Source: a virus (lineage: Duplodnaviria > Heunggongvirae > Uroviricota > Caudoviricetes). Taken from it: 43,652 nt of DNA. Below are positions 1-9,087 of the stretch, in pieces. The DNA is taken from the IMG/VR virus record IMGVR_UViG_2617270938_000005, positions 1 through 43,652 of that record. One strand, 5' to 3'. The notes below the pieces were generated by a model that made no database searches, was not told the DNA's origin, and was given only the letters and a program-made list of their open reading frames with translations. Positions within the stretch are counted from its first letter, which is position 1; every line of letters starts with the position of its first letter. A program made the translations under genes and the position numbers.

Positions 1-753
1 TTAAATGTTTTTGCCTTTCAGCTGATAATAATTTTTGTAATAGGTGTAAATAGTTGCCATTTCAACATCCGTTATTGCCCTAGATACAATCAGGCATGCC
101 CGCATGAAGATAGTGGCAGTCGTGGCTCCCTCGACAGAACCGCCCAGCAGAATTTTTGACGAAGGTACAGCATAAGGAGTCGTCGCTGCGGTGCGGGTTG
201 CTGACTGTGATGTGCGTGGCAGATCAAGCTTAGTCAGCATTGATCCGCTACCGTTGTCTCGCACAAACCGACTGACTGCCATTTCGCCATCAATTGCGGC
301 AGTAGACGGGATAAGGTCGGCCTGTTGTGCTGCACCTGCTGCAGTCAACCATTTAGCTCTCCACGCTGTAGCCGTAGTTTGTGTACCACGAGTACGCTGT
401 GGCGCGTTCATCTGCACCCGGCCCACAACAGCACCAATTACCCCTGGATGGACAGCTATTGTCACCATTGTCAGATCGCTGCCGTTATATGCTGCTATGT
501 CGATGTTTGTATCCAGGTGGTTAGCCTCAGTGAGGCTGACGCCGTAATCACCAAGAACAGGAGAGCCAACAACGGACATAGCAGCTCCAACCCGGTTTCT
601 GGTTAATGATGCAGTGTCTTTTACGTCAAAATCAGCCTGCAGGATAATCCCCGGTATTAAAGCCGGAAGTTGGGTGATGTCGTTTGGATAAGGGTAAGTG
701 TCAAGGTAACGCGTGGCTGTCACACCGTTATCAATATAAAAGCGGGTAGTCAT
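1..753 (-). CDS. hypothetical protein at distal end of tail cluster (possible fibre/spike accessory)
   Basis: Complete 250-aa ORF, stop at 1-3, directly downstream of tailspike gene on same strand; no recognisable motif. Confidence 0.35.
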   Translation of the reverse strand: MTTRFYIDNGVTATRYLDTYPYPNDITQLPALIPGIILQADFDVKDTASLTRNRVGAAMSVVGSPVLGDYGVSLTEANHLDTNIDIAAYNGSDLTMVTIAVHPGVIGAVVGRVQMNAPQRTRGTQTTATAWRAKWLTAAGAAQQADLIPSTAAIDGEMAVSRFVRDNGSGSMLTKLDLPRTSQSATRTAATTPYAVPSSKILLGGSVEGATTATIFMRACLIVSRAITDVEMATIYTYYKNYYQLKGKNI

Positions 754-766
754 GATTTACAGTCCT

Positions 767-2989
767 TTAAAGCTGGATGGAGAAAACGCAAAGGTCGTTA
801 TAGAGAGGCAGGCCGGATAGTGACGTCCCTGTTTGGGAATCTCTGATACACCCGCGCGAACCGGTTACAGGGCCGGGGTTTTGTCCGGCAATCCCCTGGC
901 TTGCATAAGATATCGCCGTCGCAGTGGTAGAATCGGTCTTGGTGATAACTATTTTTGCTGCTGATCCGCTGCCGCTAACGGCTACCGAAGCAATTGTGGC
1001 CCCGGTCAGGACAAAGCCGTAGTTGCCTGGATCGGTAACCCTCGAGGTGTCAATCACGAGATCACCAACACAACCCGCCACTGGTATAGTGATTGTGGTT
1101 CCTGACTGCACAACACCAGACTCTATCGGCACAAGCGCGGATTTTGTATTGTCATTCAGCCACCCACCAACCACCGCGCCAATAACTTCGCCTTCTGTCC
1201 GATACCCTGCGCTGGTCAGATGCTCACCGTCTGAATACGGGCGGGCATACTGTGCGCTGGCAAGATGGATTAATGCGTTATCACGGGCTTCCTGATATTG
1301 TGCGATACCGATGTTATTAGTTTTGGTCGAACCGGCAGTTCCGCCGTATGGAATGGTATTAGATAACTGGCCTACAAACATGTGAAGCGACTGGCTTTTT
1401 CCTGTTGCCGCGTTAATGACAGACTCATACTGAGCACGGAGAGTCTCCATTGCGGCGCGATAACTGGATATAGATGTGCCTGCTGCTGCATTCTGGTTGC
1501 CGTGGATAAGCACCATTACGGGAACATACTGCATACCCAACTTTTCAGCCATGGCTACAGCTGACTGAATCATTTTCGTTGCACCAGTAAAAGTCGCTGA
1601 ACCGGATGAAATGTCTGCGATTGCAGTACCGGATGAGCACGCATCGGAAACCAGAACCGTATGCCCGGTGAGATCATGAATTTTAAACGCCATACCGCTT
1701 GATGGCGACTCCTGTCCAGGCCGCGTCCCAGCATTCTCCCGGCATGGGATGACAGCCTCAAGGAGCGATTCATTCAGCGTGTCATACTTAAAATCGACTT
1801 TCGGGCCGGTCTCAAACGAGAGTATGCCGTAATCTGCCTGCGCTGTTGTCGTTACAGGGCTTTGTGCTTGCGTTGAACCGCCTGCAGCAAGAGACTGACC
1901 AGTTATAATCAGGTGAATAAGAAAGCGCAATGACTCTCGCGCCCGGTAATTCCCGTCATAAGTGGATCGATAAGTGATGTAGTTGCCGCTGACATTCGAC
2001 AAATAACGCAAAAATTCCGCATATGCCACTGGCGCAATATTTGAAACTCCGGAGTCGTTCGTGATCTGAGTTACATCGCTGCCATCTACCGCAATGATAT
2101 TTCCATCAACTGAAGCAACCATTGGGAATTCAGAGGCGTCATCATCAGGTGTGTCATCGCCCACCTGCTCCACGGTACCATCTGTGCGAACTCGCCGAAA
2201 AATTCTCCCCTGTCCGTCCATATGTATTTCAGAATAGTCACTGACACTGTCATCATCAGCAAACCACGTGGTCAGGCTGCCATGTGTCAGATTGCCAAGG
2301 GCAGAAATGTTAAATATTTCTTCACCAGTGGCGCGCATCTGGCAGACAAATCCTCCACCTGCAATTTGCACAAGCTCAATCCCTGAACCAATCATCAATG
2401 CCGGAAACTGGCTCGTGCCATCGGTATAACGGCGATAAACGGCATGCCCTACACTATCAAGAATGAGCTCAGCAATATCTGGGTATGCATCGGTAGTCTG
2501 AGCAGCACCGAAAGCCATAATTTTCGCCAGTTCAGTGGCAACCAAATCTCTCAGCGCGTCAACATATCCAGCAGAAATCATCCTGCGACCGGTTGGCTGC
2601 AACGTTCCGCCAACGTTCATGACCTCGATCGCGAGGGCGCTGTCATCCGGGCTGCGATAATAAGTAGTGCTCCCCTCGGGGATATTAGCAATATCTGCCT
2701 GTGCCGCGGCCAGTGTCATATACTGCCGGCTGAGAGGGATCAGGTTCTGCCTGGTTTCCTCAACTACAGCATCCCTTTCTTCTTGCGAGGTTTCAAAGTC
2801 TGCTTGCTGCTGCGTTAGCTGGTTGTCCGCCTTAACATTAACGCCATGCAAAGTATCTAACTGTTCGCCCGTGCGTGTGGTAATGGTTTCATCACTGCTA
2901 TTAACGAACTTGTCAATAGACTGCATATTATCCCATGCATCAGGCATGGATGCAGACGGCACAGGATTGCCGGTATCGTATTCACTCAT
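767..2989 (-). CDS. tailspike/tail fibre protein with putative esterase-like domain
   Basis: 740-aa ORF at end of tail module; central motif LIITGQSLAAGGS resembles the GQS(N) block of SGNH/sialate O-acetylesterase-type hydrolases. Confidence 0.5.
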   Translation of the reverse strand: MSEYDTGNPVPSASMPDAWDNMQSIDKFVNSSDETITTRTGEQLDTLHGVNVKADNQLTQQQADFETSQEERDAVVEETRQNLIPLSRQYMTLAAAQADIANIPEGSTTYYRSPDDSALAIEVMNVGGTLQPTGRRMISAGYVDALRDLVATELAKIMAFGAAQTTDAYPDIAELILDSVGHAVYRRYTDGTSQFPALMIGSGIELVQIAGGGFVCQMRATGEEIFNISALGNLTHGSLTTWFADDDSVSDYSEIHMDGQGRIFRRVRTDGTVEQVGDDTPDDDASEFPMVASVDGNIIAVDGSDVTQITNDSGVSNIAPVAYAEFLRYLSNVSGNYITYRSTYDGNYRARESLRFLIHLIITGQSLAAGGSTQAQSPVTTTAQADYGILSFETGPKVDFKYDTLNESLLEAVIPCRENAGTRPGQESPSSGMAFKIHDLTGHTVLVSDACSSGTAIADISSGSATFTGATKMIQSAVAMAEKLGMQYVPVMVLIHGNQNAAAGTSISSYRAAMETLRAQYESVINAATGKSQSLHMFVGQLSNTIPYGGTAGSTKTNNIGIAQYQEARDNALIHLASAQYARPYSDGEHLTSAGYRTEGEVIGAVVGGWLNDNTKSALVPIESGVVQSGTTITIPVAGCVGDLVIDTSRVTDPGNYGFVLTGATIASVAVSGSGSAAKIVITKTDSTTATAISYASQGIAGQNPGPVTGSRGCIRDSQTGTSLSGLPLYNDLCVFSIQL

Positions 2990-3047
2990 GGTCGCCCCAA
3001 TAAAAAACCGACCATAAGGTCAGTTTGCTTTCTGGTAATTTAGTGAC

Positions 3048-3245
3048 TTAATTCTTGCTATTTATTTTTGAATATTCTTTATCATCGTAAAATAGCCCGT
3101 CTGCCTTGTTATAAAACATCCCTGGCTGGCAAAATACACTTTCAGGATATTCGATAAGTTCAGCACCATCATATTCATAACCGCTTTCCGCAATTATGAT
3201 GTTTTTAACTATTCCACTTTCAATGACTGCGTAATTACCTGCCAT
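3048..3245 (-). CDS. small hypothetical protein (possible tail fibre assembly factor)
   Basis: 65-aa ORF between fibre and tailspike genes, AT-rich. Confidence 0.3.
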   Translation of the reverse strand: MAGNYAVIESGIVKNIIIAESGYEYDGAELIEYPESVFCQPGMFYNKADGLFYDDKEYSKINSKN

Positions 3246-4114
3246 TATGCGTACTCCTCAATGATGACATAGCCGTTAGCGCCCTTCCCTGATGCCCTGG
3301 CGATTGAGTCATATGATGCGCCAGCACCACCTCCACCAGGGAAAAATCCATCATCACCGGATGAACTAACGTGTGGAAGGCCACCATAACTACTGTGCGA
3401 TGCGCCACCTACACCACCCAGGCTTACACCAGATCCACCCTGTCCTCCCTGACCAGCCACTGAGAATATTGTCCCAACAGATGGAGCTCCCGGAATTCCG
3501 CCAGCAGAATTACCAGCAGAGTTTCCGCCCTTACCACCACCTGCTGAGATACCCAGCGCGGTAATGGTAGTGTCTCCCCCATCACCGCCATTTCCTGCAC
3601 TCCCTGCAGCAACTGCCGCACCACCAGCGCCAATAACGATATTCGCCCCATTAATGGTGCTTACGTCATATAATCCCTCAACATATGCACCACCCGCCCC
3701 ACTAGGCGCACCAGTCCCTGCGACGTCTGTCCCCTTACCCCCGCCGCCTGCACCCCATGCCTTGATTCTGACTTTTTTAGTGCCAGCAGCTTTTACCCAT
3801 GCTCCGCTAGCGGTAAAAACCTGAATGCGGAGCAGGCGTCCTTCTGCCTGATTATTAAGTGCGGACTTGAGAATATTTAGTAACGTGGCAATGTTTCCAT
3901 TATCCAGGACATCGCTTCCTGTGCTATCCGCCATGAATTGTGCAAGGACGGCAGCAATTGTAGAGGATTGCCGTAGTGCTTTATTTACTTGTGCTGACGA
4001 GGCTTTGCCGGAAAGAAAACCAGATGCCAGTACAGATAGCGCTTCATAATCAGCCTGTGATAATACGTTTGCCCCGCTACCAGTAGCGAAGGGTTTAAAA
4101 TCGTTAGTCGCCAT
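3245..4114 (-). CDS. tail fibre protein, glycine-rich repeats
   Basis: N-terminus MATNDFKPFATGSGANVLSQADYEAL is fibre-like; long G-rich repeat tract; start taken at second Met abutting upstream gene. Confidence 0.55.
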   Translation of the reverse strand: MATNDFKPFATGSGANVLSQADYEALSVLASGFLSGKASSAQVNKALRQSSTIAAVLAQFMADSTGSDVLDNGNIATLLNILKSALNNQAEGRLLRIQVFTASGAWVKAAGTKKVRIKAWGAGGGGKGTDVAGTGAPSGAGGAYVEGLYDVSTINGANIVIGAGGAAVAAGSAGNGGDGGDTTITALGISAGGGKGGNSAGNSAGGIPGAPSVGTIFSVAGQGGQGGSGVSLGGVGGASHSSYGGLPHVSSSGDDGFFPGGGGAGASYDSIARASGKGANGYVIIEEYA

Positions 4115-4887
4115 TAAAATCTCTCTCCCCATGACCCGCGGTCGAAGCCAGCGATATAGTCATTTTCGATATCGAAGCCAAAAAACTGATAACCATCACT
4201 GACGGTCTCTATTTCACGGACACGAACCCCTGCGGCTTTAACCGTCATATAACCGTTCCGAATCGCCCACCATAGCTCGCTGTTAACATGGTCAATCGGG
4301 TTAATGTCATAGCGCGAAGGCACGTAACCTGCCGGTAATGCGATAAAGGGGCCTTTATTGACGGCGCTATCCAGAATTAACCGGTCTATTTCACTTAGGG
4401 CTACCGATGGGTCACCGAGTATCCAGATGGAAATCGACATATCCTGGTTGTCGACAATAGCCATGCGGATCCCGGACCCGGCAAGGGCGGCATCAAGAAT
4501 TGAAGGCAGCGAATCGTTCTGACCATCCCAGTTGTTTATTGCCACTTTCACCTTCAGCATTAGCCGATATATTTCATCGCTTAGATCGATAAAACCGTCG
4601 TTTGGGTCATATGGTCCCTGCCAGACCCCCTGATCCCAGCCAACCCGTTCGGTGTCCCACGAAAAATAAATCCCGGTTACCGGTGTTGCCACGCGACGGG
4701 AACGACCAACCCATTCGCCTACAACGTCAAGCTGCACGCCAATGGCGGTATCAATATCAAAATCGGGTATTAGCCGTGACATTGCATCGGAAACATCGCT
4801 CAGTGGCCTGGTGGACAGGTCAACGTGTGCAAAGAACTTTGGTTTACCGGCGTGGTAGTTTGTTATGCGGTCAGTGTATCTGCTCAT
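4114..4887 (-). CDS. tail/baseplate protein (gpI-like)
   Basis: 257-aa ORF coupled downstream of baseplate J-like gene. Confidence 0.45.
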   Translation of the reverse strand: MSRYTDRITNYHAGKPKFFAHVDLSTRPLSDVSDAMSRLIPDFDIDTAIGVQLDVVGEWVGRSRRVATPVTGIYFSWDTERVGWDQGVWQGPYDPNDGFIDLSDEIYRLMLKVKVAINNWDGQNDSLPSILDAALAGSGIRMAIVDNQDMSISIWILGDPSVALSEIDRLILDSAVNKGPFIALPAGYVPSRYDINPIDHVNSELWWAIRNGYMTVKAAGVRVREIETVSDGYQFFGFDIENDYIAGFDRGSWGERF

Positions 4888-6080
4888 GAGACCACCAGAT
4901 TAATATTGCTGACGGCGCAGGATGCTGACTGGTCAAAGGCAATATCCACGTTTGCCGCGGCTACGCCACCGGCAGACGTCCCGATCAGCAACTCGGTAAT
5001 GTCGTAATACCTGGCATTACCACCACTGACAACACCAAGGTTAGCCGGTGAGTAAACGCGACTGAGAAGAACGCTGGCGCCGATTGCCAGTGAGTTAATG
5101 TAGGCAGATACAGCCGCCTTTATCTCTTCGCCAACCTGGGATGTGTAGCCCGTAAGAGGTTCGATAGTGATTTTGACGTAAATGGGTACATCGACCGGCC
5201 TTGAAAAACCTACCGGGTGAGGGTTTCCGTACTTATCAGGCACAACAATCACCGTACTACCGTAGGGTGTTACGCCCTGCCCTTTCACACCACGAATGCT
5301 GTTTGCAATGACCGTCGCATCACCACCTTCTACAATGGCGGCGATTGAGTGCGGAGGCAGGCCATTTGCATCAGTGGTATCTGTATCGTTCTCATACAGC
5401 TTGTGTCGCGTTACGCCGCTGATATTTGCTATCGCGCCATCTACCGCCTCAAACGGCGTCAGAGACGGTAAAGCAACGCTCTGTGATTGCCGGACACGCA
5501 ATTCAGCATTTGTTTCGGCAGCAACGCCTACCGTAGCCGCTTGCGGGTTAGTTACTGATACCCAACCACGTGTCGGGGTGTTTATCTTATTGACTGCCCC
5601 GGCAGGGGCCGCCACAGCGCCAGCAACAGAACACGTCGCTGTAGCAATAACCGTCCCATCAATACCAATTGTCACCTGAGCAGGAAGATTCCAGATGATG
5701 CCGTTGGCATCTTTCACAGAGCCGTTTGTGATTAACGTTCCGGCCTCACCTTCGATCAGCTCATCGACCGTAGAATTTGTCGCAGCCCGGCGAGCGATGC
5801 CGTTAATTTTGACGTTACTGGTTAATGCATCGTCCAGCGCCGTCGACGGAGAAAATGACCGGTAAACAGAAATGGCCGTGTTGTTGGCATCATGAATGGC
5901 CAGAGCCACCAGAGCGACCATCTGGCCGTCTTTGCTGTCCGGGTCGAGATAGGCATCACTGCCATAAATCTGCTGAAAATAGCTAATCAGGGTGCTGAGT
6001 ATCGTCTGATAATCAGGCGCACTTATCCCCTCAGCGGTTACCGTTGCCGATAAGCCGAGTGTGTCGAGGTCCAGAGCCAT
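4884..6080 (-). CDS. baseplate J-like protein
   Basis: 398-aa ORF in baseplate position; size and position as in Mu/P2-type baseplates. Confidence 0.55.
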   Translation of the reverse strand: MALDLDTLGLSATVTAEGISAPDYQTILSTLISYFQQIYGSDAYLDPDSKDGQMVALVALAIHDANNTAISVYRSFSPSTALDDALTSNVKINGIARRAATNSTVDELIEGEAGTLITNGSVKDANGIIWNLPAQVTIGIDGTVIATATCSVAGAVAAPAGAVNKINTPTRGWVSVTNPQAATVGVAAETNAELRVRQSQSVALPSLTPFEAVDGAIANISGVTRHKLYENDTDTTDANGLPPHSIAAIVEGGDATVIANSIRGVKGQGVTPYGSTVIVVPDKYGNPHPVGFSRPVDVPIYVKITIEPLTGYTSQVGEEIKAAVSAYINSLAIGASVLLSRVYSPANLGVVSGGNARYYDITELLIGTSAGGVAAANVDIAFDQSASCAVSNINLVVS

Positions 6081-6436
6081 TACGCCTCCGAAGTTACTGT
6101 GGTTGTCCCGTAGATGGTTTCCACCGTTGCTGTGAACGTTACACGGCGCGTGGTACCGTCAACGGTGGTGTTAAATGCAGTGATTGAGCTAACCCCCTGC
6201 GTTTCTAGGATCCGCTTACGGATAGCGAGGTTGTAGGTATCCGGCCTTTGCTTACCCAGAACGGACTGAATCCATGGCGTACCTTCTGTGGTGTCCAGAA
6301 ACCACTGACCGTACCAGAGCAGGAAGCGCGTTTTAATGGCCTGCGCTACAGCCTCGGGTGAGTTAACCAGCCAGGTATCATCGCCCTGACCGAAGGTGTA
6401 ATCCCCATCGTCATCTTCTCGACGGTATCGCATATC
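6080..6436 (-). CDS. baseplate protein (gpW/gp25-like)
   Basis: Small ORF between V-like and J-like genes; start taken at internal Met abutting upstream gene. Confidence 0.4.
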   Translation of the reverse strand, partial: DMRYRREDDDGDYTFGQGDDTWLVNSPEAVAQAIKTRFLLWYGQWFLDTTEGTPWIQSVLGKQRPDTYNLAIRKRILETQGVSSITAFNTTVDGTTRRVTFTATVETIYGTTTVTSEA

Positions 6437-7088
6437 ATCCTCCGAGTGGTGCTGTACTGCTGCCACCAGGCTCAACGCCACCATGCGTATGCTTATCAAC
6501 GATTGAGCCATCCACCAGTTGCAGGCGGCCGTCCGAGAGAATTTTAAGCCCGTTCAGGTTAAAACCTCCCGGCGCCGTGCCGTTGATAGCTCCACTGGCA
6601 GGATTAAGGCTCAACTTTGTTTCCCCGTCATCACTGCGCAGCTCTACCGCACTGGTGCTGATACCGCCGATTTTCTTCGCCTGCGACTGCGGGCCGACAA
6701 TGCAGAAGGCATCGGATAAATCATGCATGCGCTCGTCTACTGGCTCCTGAATACCTCCACTTTGCCACCAGAAATCAATACAGCGGTCTGCAAAGATAAC
6801 AAGGCATTCATCACCAGGCTTAACAGGAAAAGTCAGCGTACAGCCTCCGCCACGAGGGAAAACGACAGGAACGTCCACCAGCAGTGGGAGGTTTACCGAT
6901 ACCTGGGTGCCGGATTCGTCCTTCTCTGCGCCTTTAATGGCTGGCTGAACAACAGCGGTGACAGCATCCGGATCAAACGACTGGACGATGCCGGGCATAG
7001 AAACACGCAGCGCCGACATGACAGAGCCAGCAAGTCTTACATCGGCCTGTTCTTTGTTACCAAGTTGAGCGCTTAAAGAAACTGGCAT
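6435..7088 (-). CDS. baseplate assembly protein V-like (spike)
   Basis: 217-aa ORF, position and Gly-rich C-terminus consistent with gpV-type spike. Confidence 0.45.
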   Translation of the reverse strand: MPVSLSAQLGNKEQADVRLAGSVMSALRVSMPGIVQSFDPDAVTAVVQPAIKGAEKDESGTQVSVNLPLLVDVPVVFPRGGGCTLTFPVKPGDECLVIFADRCIDFWWQSGGIQEPVDERMHDLSDAFCIVGPQSQAKKIGGISTSAVELRSDDGETKLSLNPASGAINGTAPGGFNLNGLKILSDGRLQLVDGSIVDKHTHGGVEPGGSSTAPLGG

Positions 7089-7104
7089 TCATATGTCTCC
7101 AGAA

Positions 7105-7130
7105 AGTAAAAAACCCAGCCGAAGCTGGGT
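7105..7130 (-). terminator. rho-independent terminator after ant
   Basis: Hairpin ACCCAGC-CGAA-GCTGGGT with T-run on minus strand (plus A-run 7108-7113). Confidence 0.6.
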
Positions 7131-7148
7131 TGTCGCGTTGGTTATCTG

Positions 7149-8063
7149 TCAGTAGTTATGTACTGAAGGAGGTAATTCTTTATTCTTAAGTCTCATCCAT
7201 GCGGAAAGATTCGCTGGTCCGTCTGGCTCATTGATATCAACATCTCGTGTGTGATTGATTAAAACGTCTCTCGCCATTCCGATAACATACGAGAATTCAT
7301 GACCGTAGTCGTAGCATCTGCCGGAATAGTTCGATTGAATTTGTTTTAATGCCGGATACAGTTCGCGGAATAATGCCTGTGAACGGTTGGCATAATCCCA
7401 TAACCATACAAGGCTGTTTGCTTCTTTTGCAGAAAACTCGTTTGCTTTCTTCTCTTGTTTGCCAATGAACTCACCTTCAAGTGGAACTCGAGCTGCAAGT
7501 GACAGTGCTTCTGTAAACTGCTCCTCACTGATTTCTTTGTATGAACATCCAAAATGGGATTTCAGTGACGACCACATGGTGATCATCGCCTTCGCCTGTT
7601 TTTCTTTTGGCAGAGACTGACCGCGACTCATGACGAGTTGTTTAATAGCTTCCTGCTGTTCAGTGGTGATTTTACCAGGCAACGCCTTTTTAGCTTTCGG
7701 TGTATTTCCGTAAGACCCCGTTTTACGAATGGATGGCAAAACTTCAGCTGTTACCCATTTGCGGAATTTGTGCGGGACTGAACCTTTATTGACGGCATCA
7801 CGGCAGCGCAGAACCAATGTATACATACCTGATTCGCTCACAATGCTTAAATTCTGCTCACCACCAAGGGTGTAACTTAAAGTTACTCCCTTCTCATCGT
7901 CATCAAGTGCAGTAAGCGCCTTGCGTGAGTTAGTCAGGGCTAAAGCATCACAAACATCTTTTGCTACAAACCACGGCTCACCGCACTTGTTGATGACGCG
8001 GATTTCACTGTCGCCGAATTTGAAGATGGTGAAATCGTTTTGTGCCTTTGCTATACTTTTCAT
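7149..8063 (-). CDS. ant: antirepressor (Bro-N domain)
   Basis: N-terminal [16 protein letters not shown]...[11 protein letters not shown] matches Bro-N/antirepressor N-domain (cf. P22 Ant). Confidence 0.75.
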   Translation of the reverse strand: MKSIAKAQNDFTIFKFGDSEIRVINKCGEPWFVAKDVCDALALTNSRKALTALDDDEKGVTLSYTLGGEQNLSIVSESGMYTLVLRCRDAVNKGSVPHKFRKWVTAEVLPSIRKTGSYGNTPKAKKALPGKITTEQQEAIKQLVMSRGQSLPKEKQAKAMITMWSSLKSHFGCSYKEISEEQFTEALSLAARVPLEGEFIGKQEKKANEFSAKEANSLVWLWDYANRSQALFRELYPALKQIQSNYSGRCYDYGHEFSYVIGMARDVLINHTRDVDINEPDGPANLSAWMRLKNKELPPSVHNY

Positions 8064-8095
8064 GTCAATATTTCCCGATCAGATTTGTTGATGTA

Positions 8096-8136
8096 GAAGC
8101 CTCGCCAGTTCCCGCTGTCGGGGCTTCGTTATTTTT
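8096..8136 (+). terminator. hairpin plus T-run in arc-ant spacer (possible sar-like antisense RNA terminator)
   Basis: GAAGCC...CCCG-CTGT-CGGG...GGCTTC hairpin followed by GTTATTTTT on plus strand; no plus-strand gene upstream. Confidence 0.35.
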
Positions 8137-8296
8137 AGAGAGCATTCCGCATTTTCTCCCGGTACTTCAACCACCAAGCTAATCCTTGAACCAACACTGA
8201 GTTTTCTGACATTCCCTCTTCCTCTGCAATGCGCTTAACTTCTTCCTTAAAGCGGTACGGGTAGCGAAGAGTTGTCTTTACTTCATTCTTTTCCAT
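8135..8296 (-). CDS. arc: Arc-like ribbon-helix-helix regulator
   Basis: 53-aa ORF (same length as P22 Arc) with AAGGAG RBS, immediately upstream of ant, divergent from mnt-like gene. Confidence 0.5.
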   Translation of the reverse strand: MEKNEVKTTLRYPYRFKEEVKRIAEEEGMSENSVLVQGLAWWLKYREKMRNAL

Positions 8297-8318
8297 GCTG
8301 TCTCCTTATTTCATAATG

Positions 8319-8333
8319 AAGGCAAATTGCCTT
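8319..8333. promoter_or_regulatory. 15-bp palindromic operator AAGGCAA-A-TTGCCTT in divergent arc/mnt promoter region
   Basis: Perfect inverted repeat between TTGACT (-35, minus strand) and the arc start. Confidence 0.5.
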
Positions 8334-8352
8334 TAGAGTCAATTTACCATGA

Positions 8353-8382
8353 TTGCACATGAAGTCAAGTTGCCTCTACAAT
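8353..8382 (+). promoter_or_regulatory. candidate sigma70 promoter for mnt-like gene
   Basis: TTGCAC - 18 nt - TACAAT, about 20 nt upstream of RBS GAGGTGA and ATG 8404. Confidence 0.45.
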
Positions 8383-8403
8383 GATTTTTATTTGAGGTGA
8401 GTT

Positions 8404-8727
8404 ATGTCAGAAAAATTTCCCAGCCAAATGCAAGACAAGTTCACCGTGAGGTTTCCTGACGGATTGCGCGATGCTATAGCTGAACGAGCTAAACGTAATG
8501 GCAGATCAATGAACTCAGAGATTGTGCAGATACTGGAAGATGCCTTGAATGCAGAAAATACTCTTGGGGAAATAGCAGATAAAATTAACAGCGTCTCGGT
8601 TCCGCTAAATGTTGATGCGCTAGTTCAACTTCAAGCCCAGGTTATCGCCATGCAAAAAGAAATACAGGAAAAGTTCAGAGAGCAGAACGAAAAGTTGAGA
8701 GAACTGCTAAACAAAAAACCCACCTGA
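8404..8727 (+). CDS. mnt: Mnt-like repressor (RHH)
   Basis: RNGRSMNSEIVQILEDAL closely matches P22 Mnt ANGRSMNSELLQIVQDAL. Confidence 0.7.
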   Translation: MSEKFPSQMQDKFTVRFPDGLRDAIAERAKRNGRSMNSEIVQILEDALNAENTLGEIADKINSVSVPLNVDALVQLQAQVIAMQKEIQEKFREQNEKLRELLNKKPT

Positions 8728-8734
8728 CGGTGGG
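8711..8734 (-). terminator. rho-independent terminator (mainly minus strand)
   Basis: CCCACC-TGAC-GGTGGG hairpin with T-run on minus strand (plus A-run 8713-8718), after the 8752 gene stop and overlapping mnt stop. Confidence 0.6.
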
Positions 8735-8751
8735 TTACGGAGAGGGCAAGA

Positions 8752-9087
8752 TCATTTAACCTTTCGGCAATCGTACGTCCAAAATTCCCGAGGCTCGTCC
8801 ATATTTTTGCGGATAACTTCAACGTTGAGGATCGCTTTTTTGTTTCGTTTGATGTAGTCCATACCTAACCAACGTCCAGTATTAGGATCAGGTAACATCC
8901 ATTGCATCATGACGTTATCGAAATCGTCTTTTTGTTTCAAAAAGGTCATTTTTTGTGTTTCTGGCTTTTGACCATTGATGTGCATGAGGCCATCATTGCC
9001 AGCATCAAAGCGGAATGGTCCGCACTGCGTTGCCGCCGAAACGGTTAACGGCAGGGCCAAGAATAAACAAAAAAATACTTTTTTCAC
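8752..9087 (-). CDS. small secreted protein (signal peptide), moron-like
   Basis: MKKVFFCLFLALPLTVSA-A signal peptide with AXA cleavage site; ATGA start/stop overlap with upstream tail gene. Confidence 0.5.
   Translation of the reverse strand: MKKVFFCLFLALPLTVSAATQCGPFRFDAGNDGLMHINGQKPETQKMTFLKQKDDFDNVMMQWMLPDPNTGRWLGMDYIKRNKKAILNVEVIRKNMDEPREFWTYDCRKVK

Noticed and set aside
8752-9087. Cor-like outer-membrane lipoprotein call for the secreted small protein
   Set aside because: No lipobox (the Cys follows ATQ, not an L-x-[GA]-C context); signal peptidase I cleavage is more likely, so it is called only a secreted protein.
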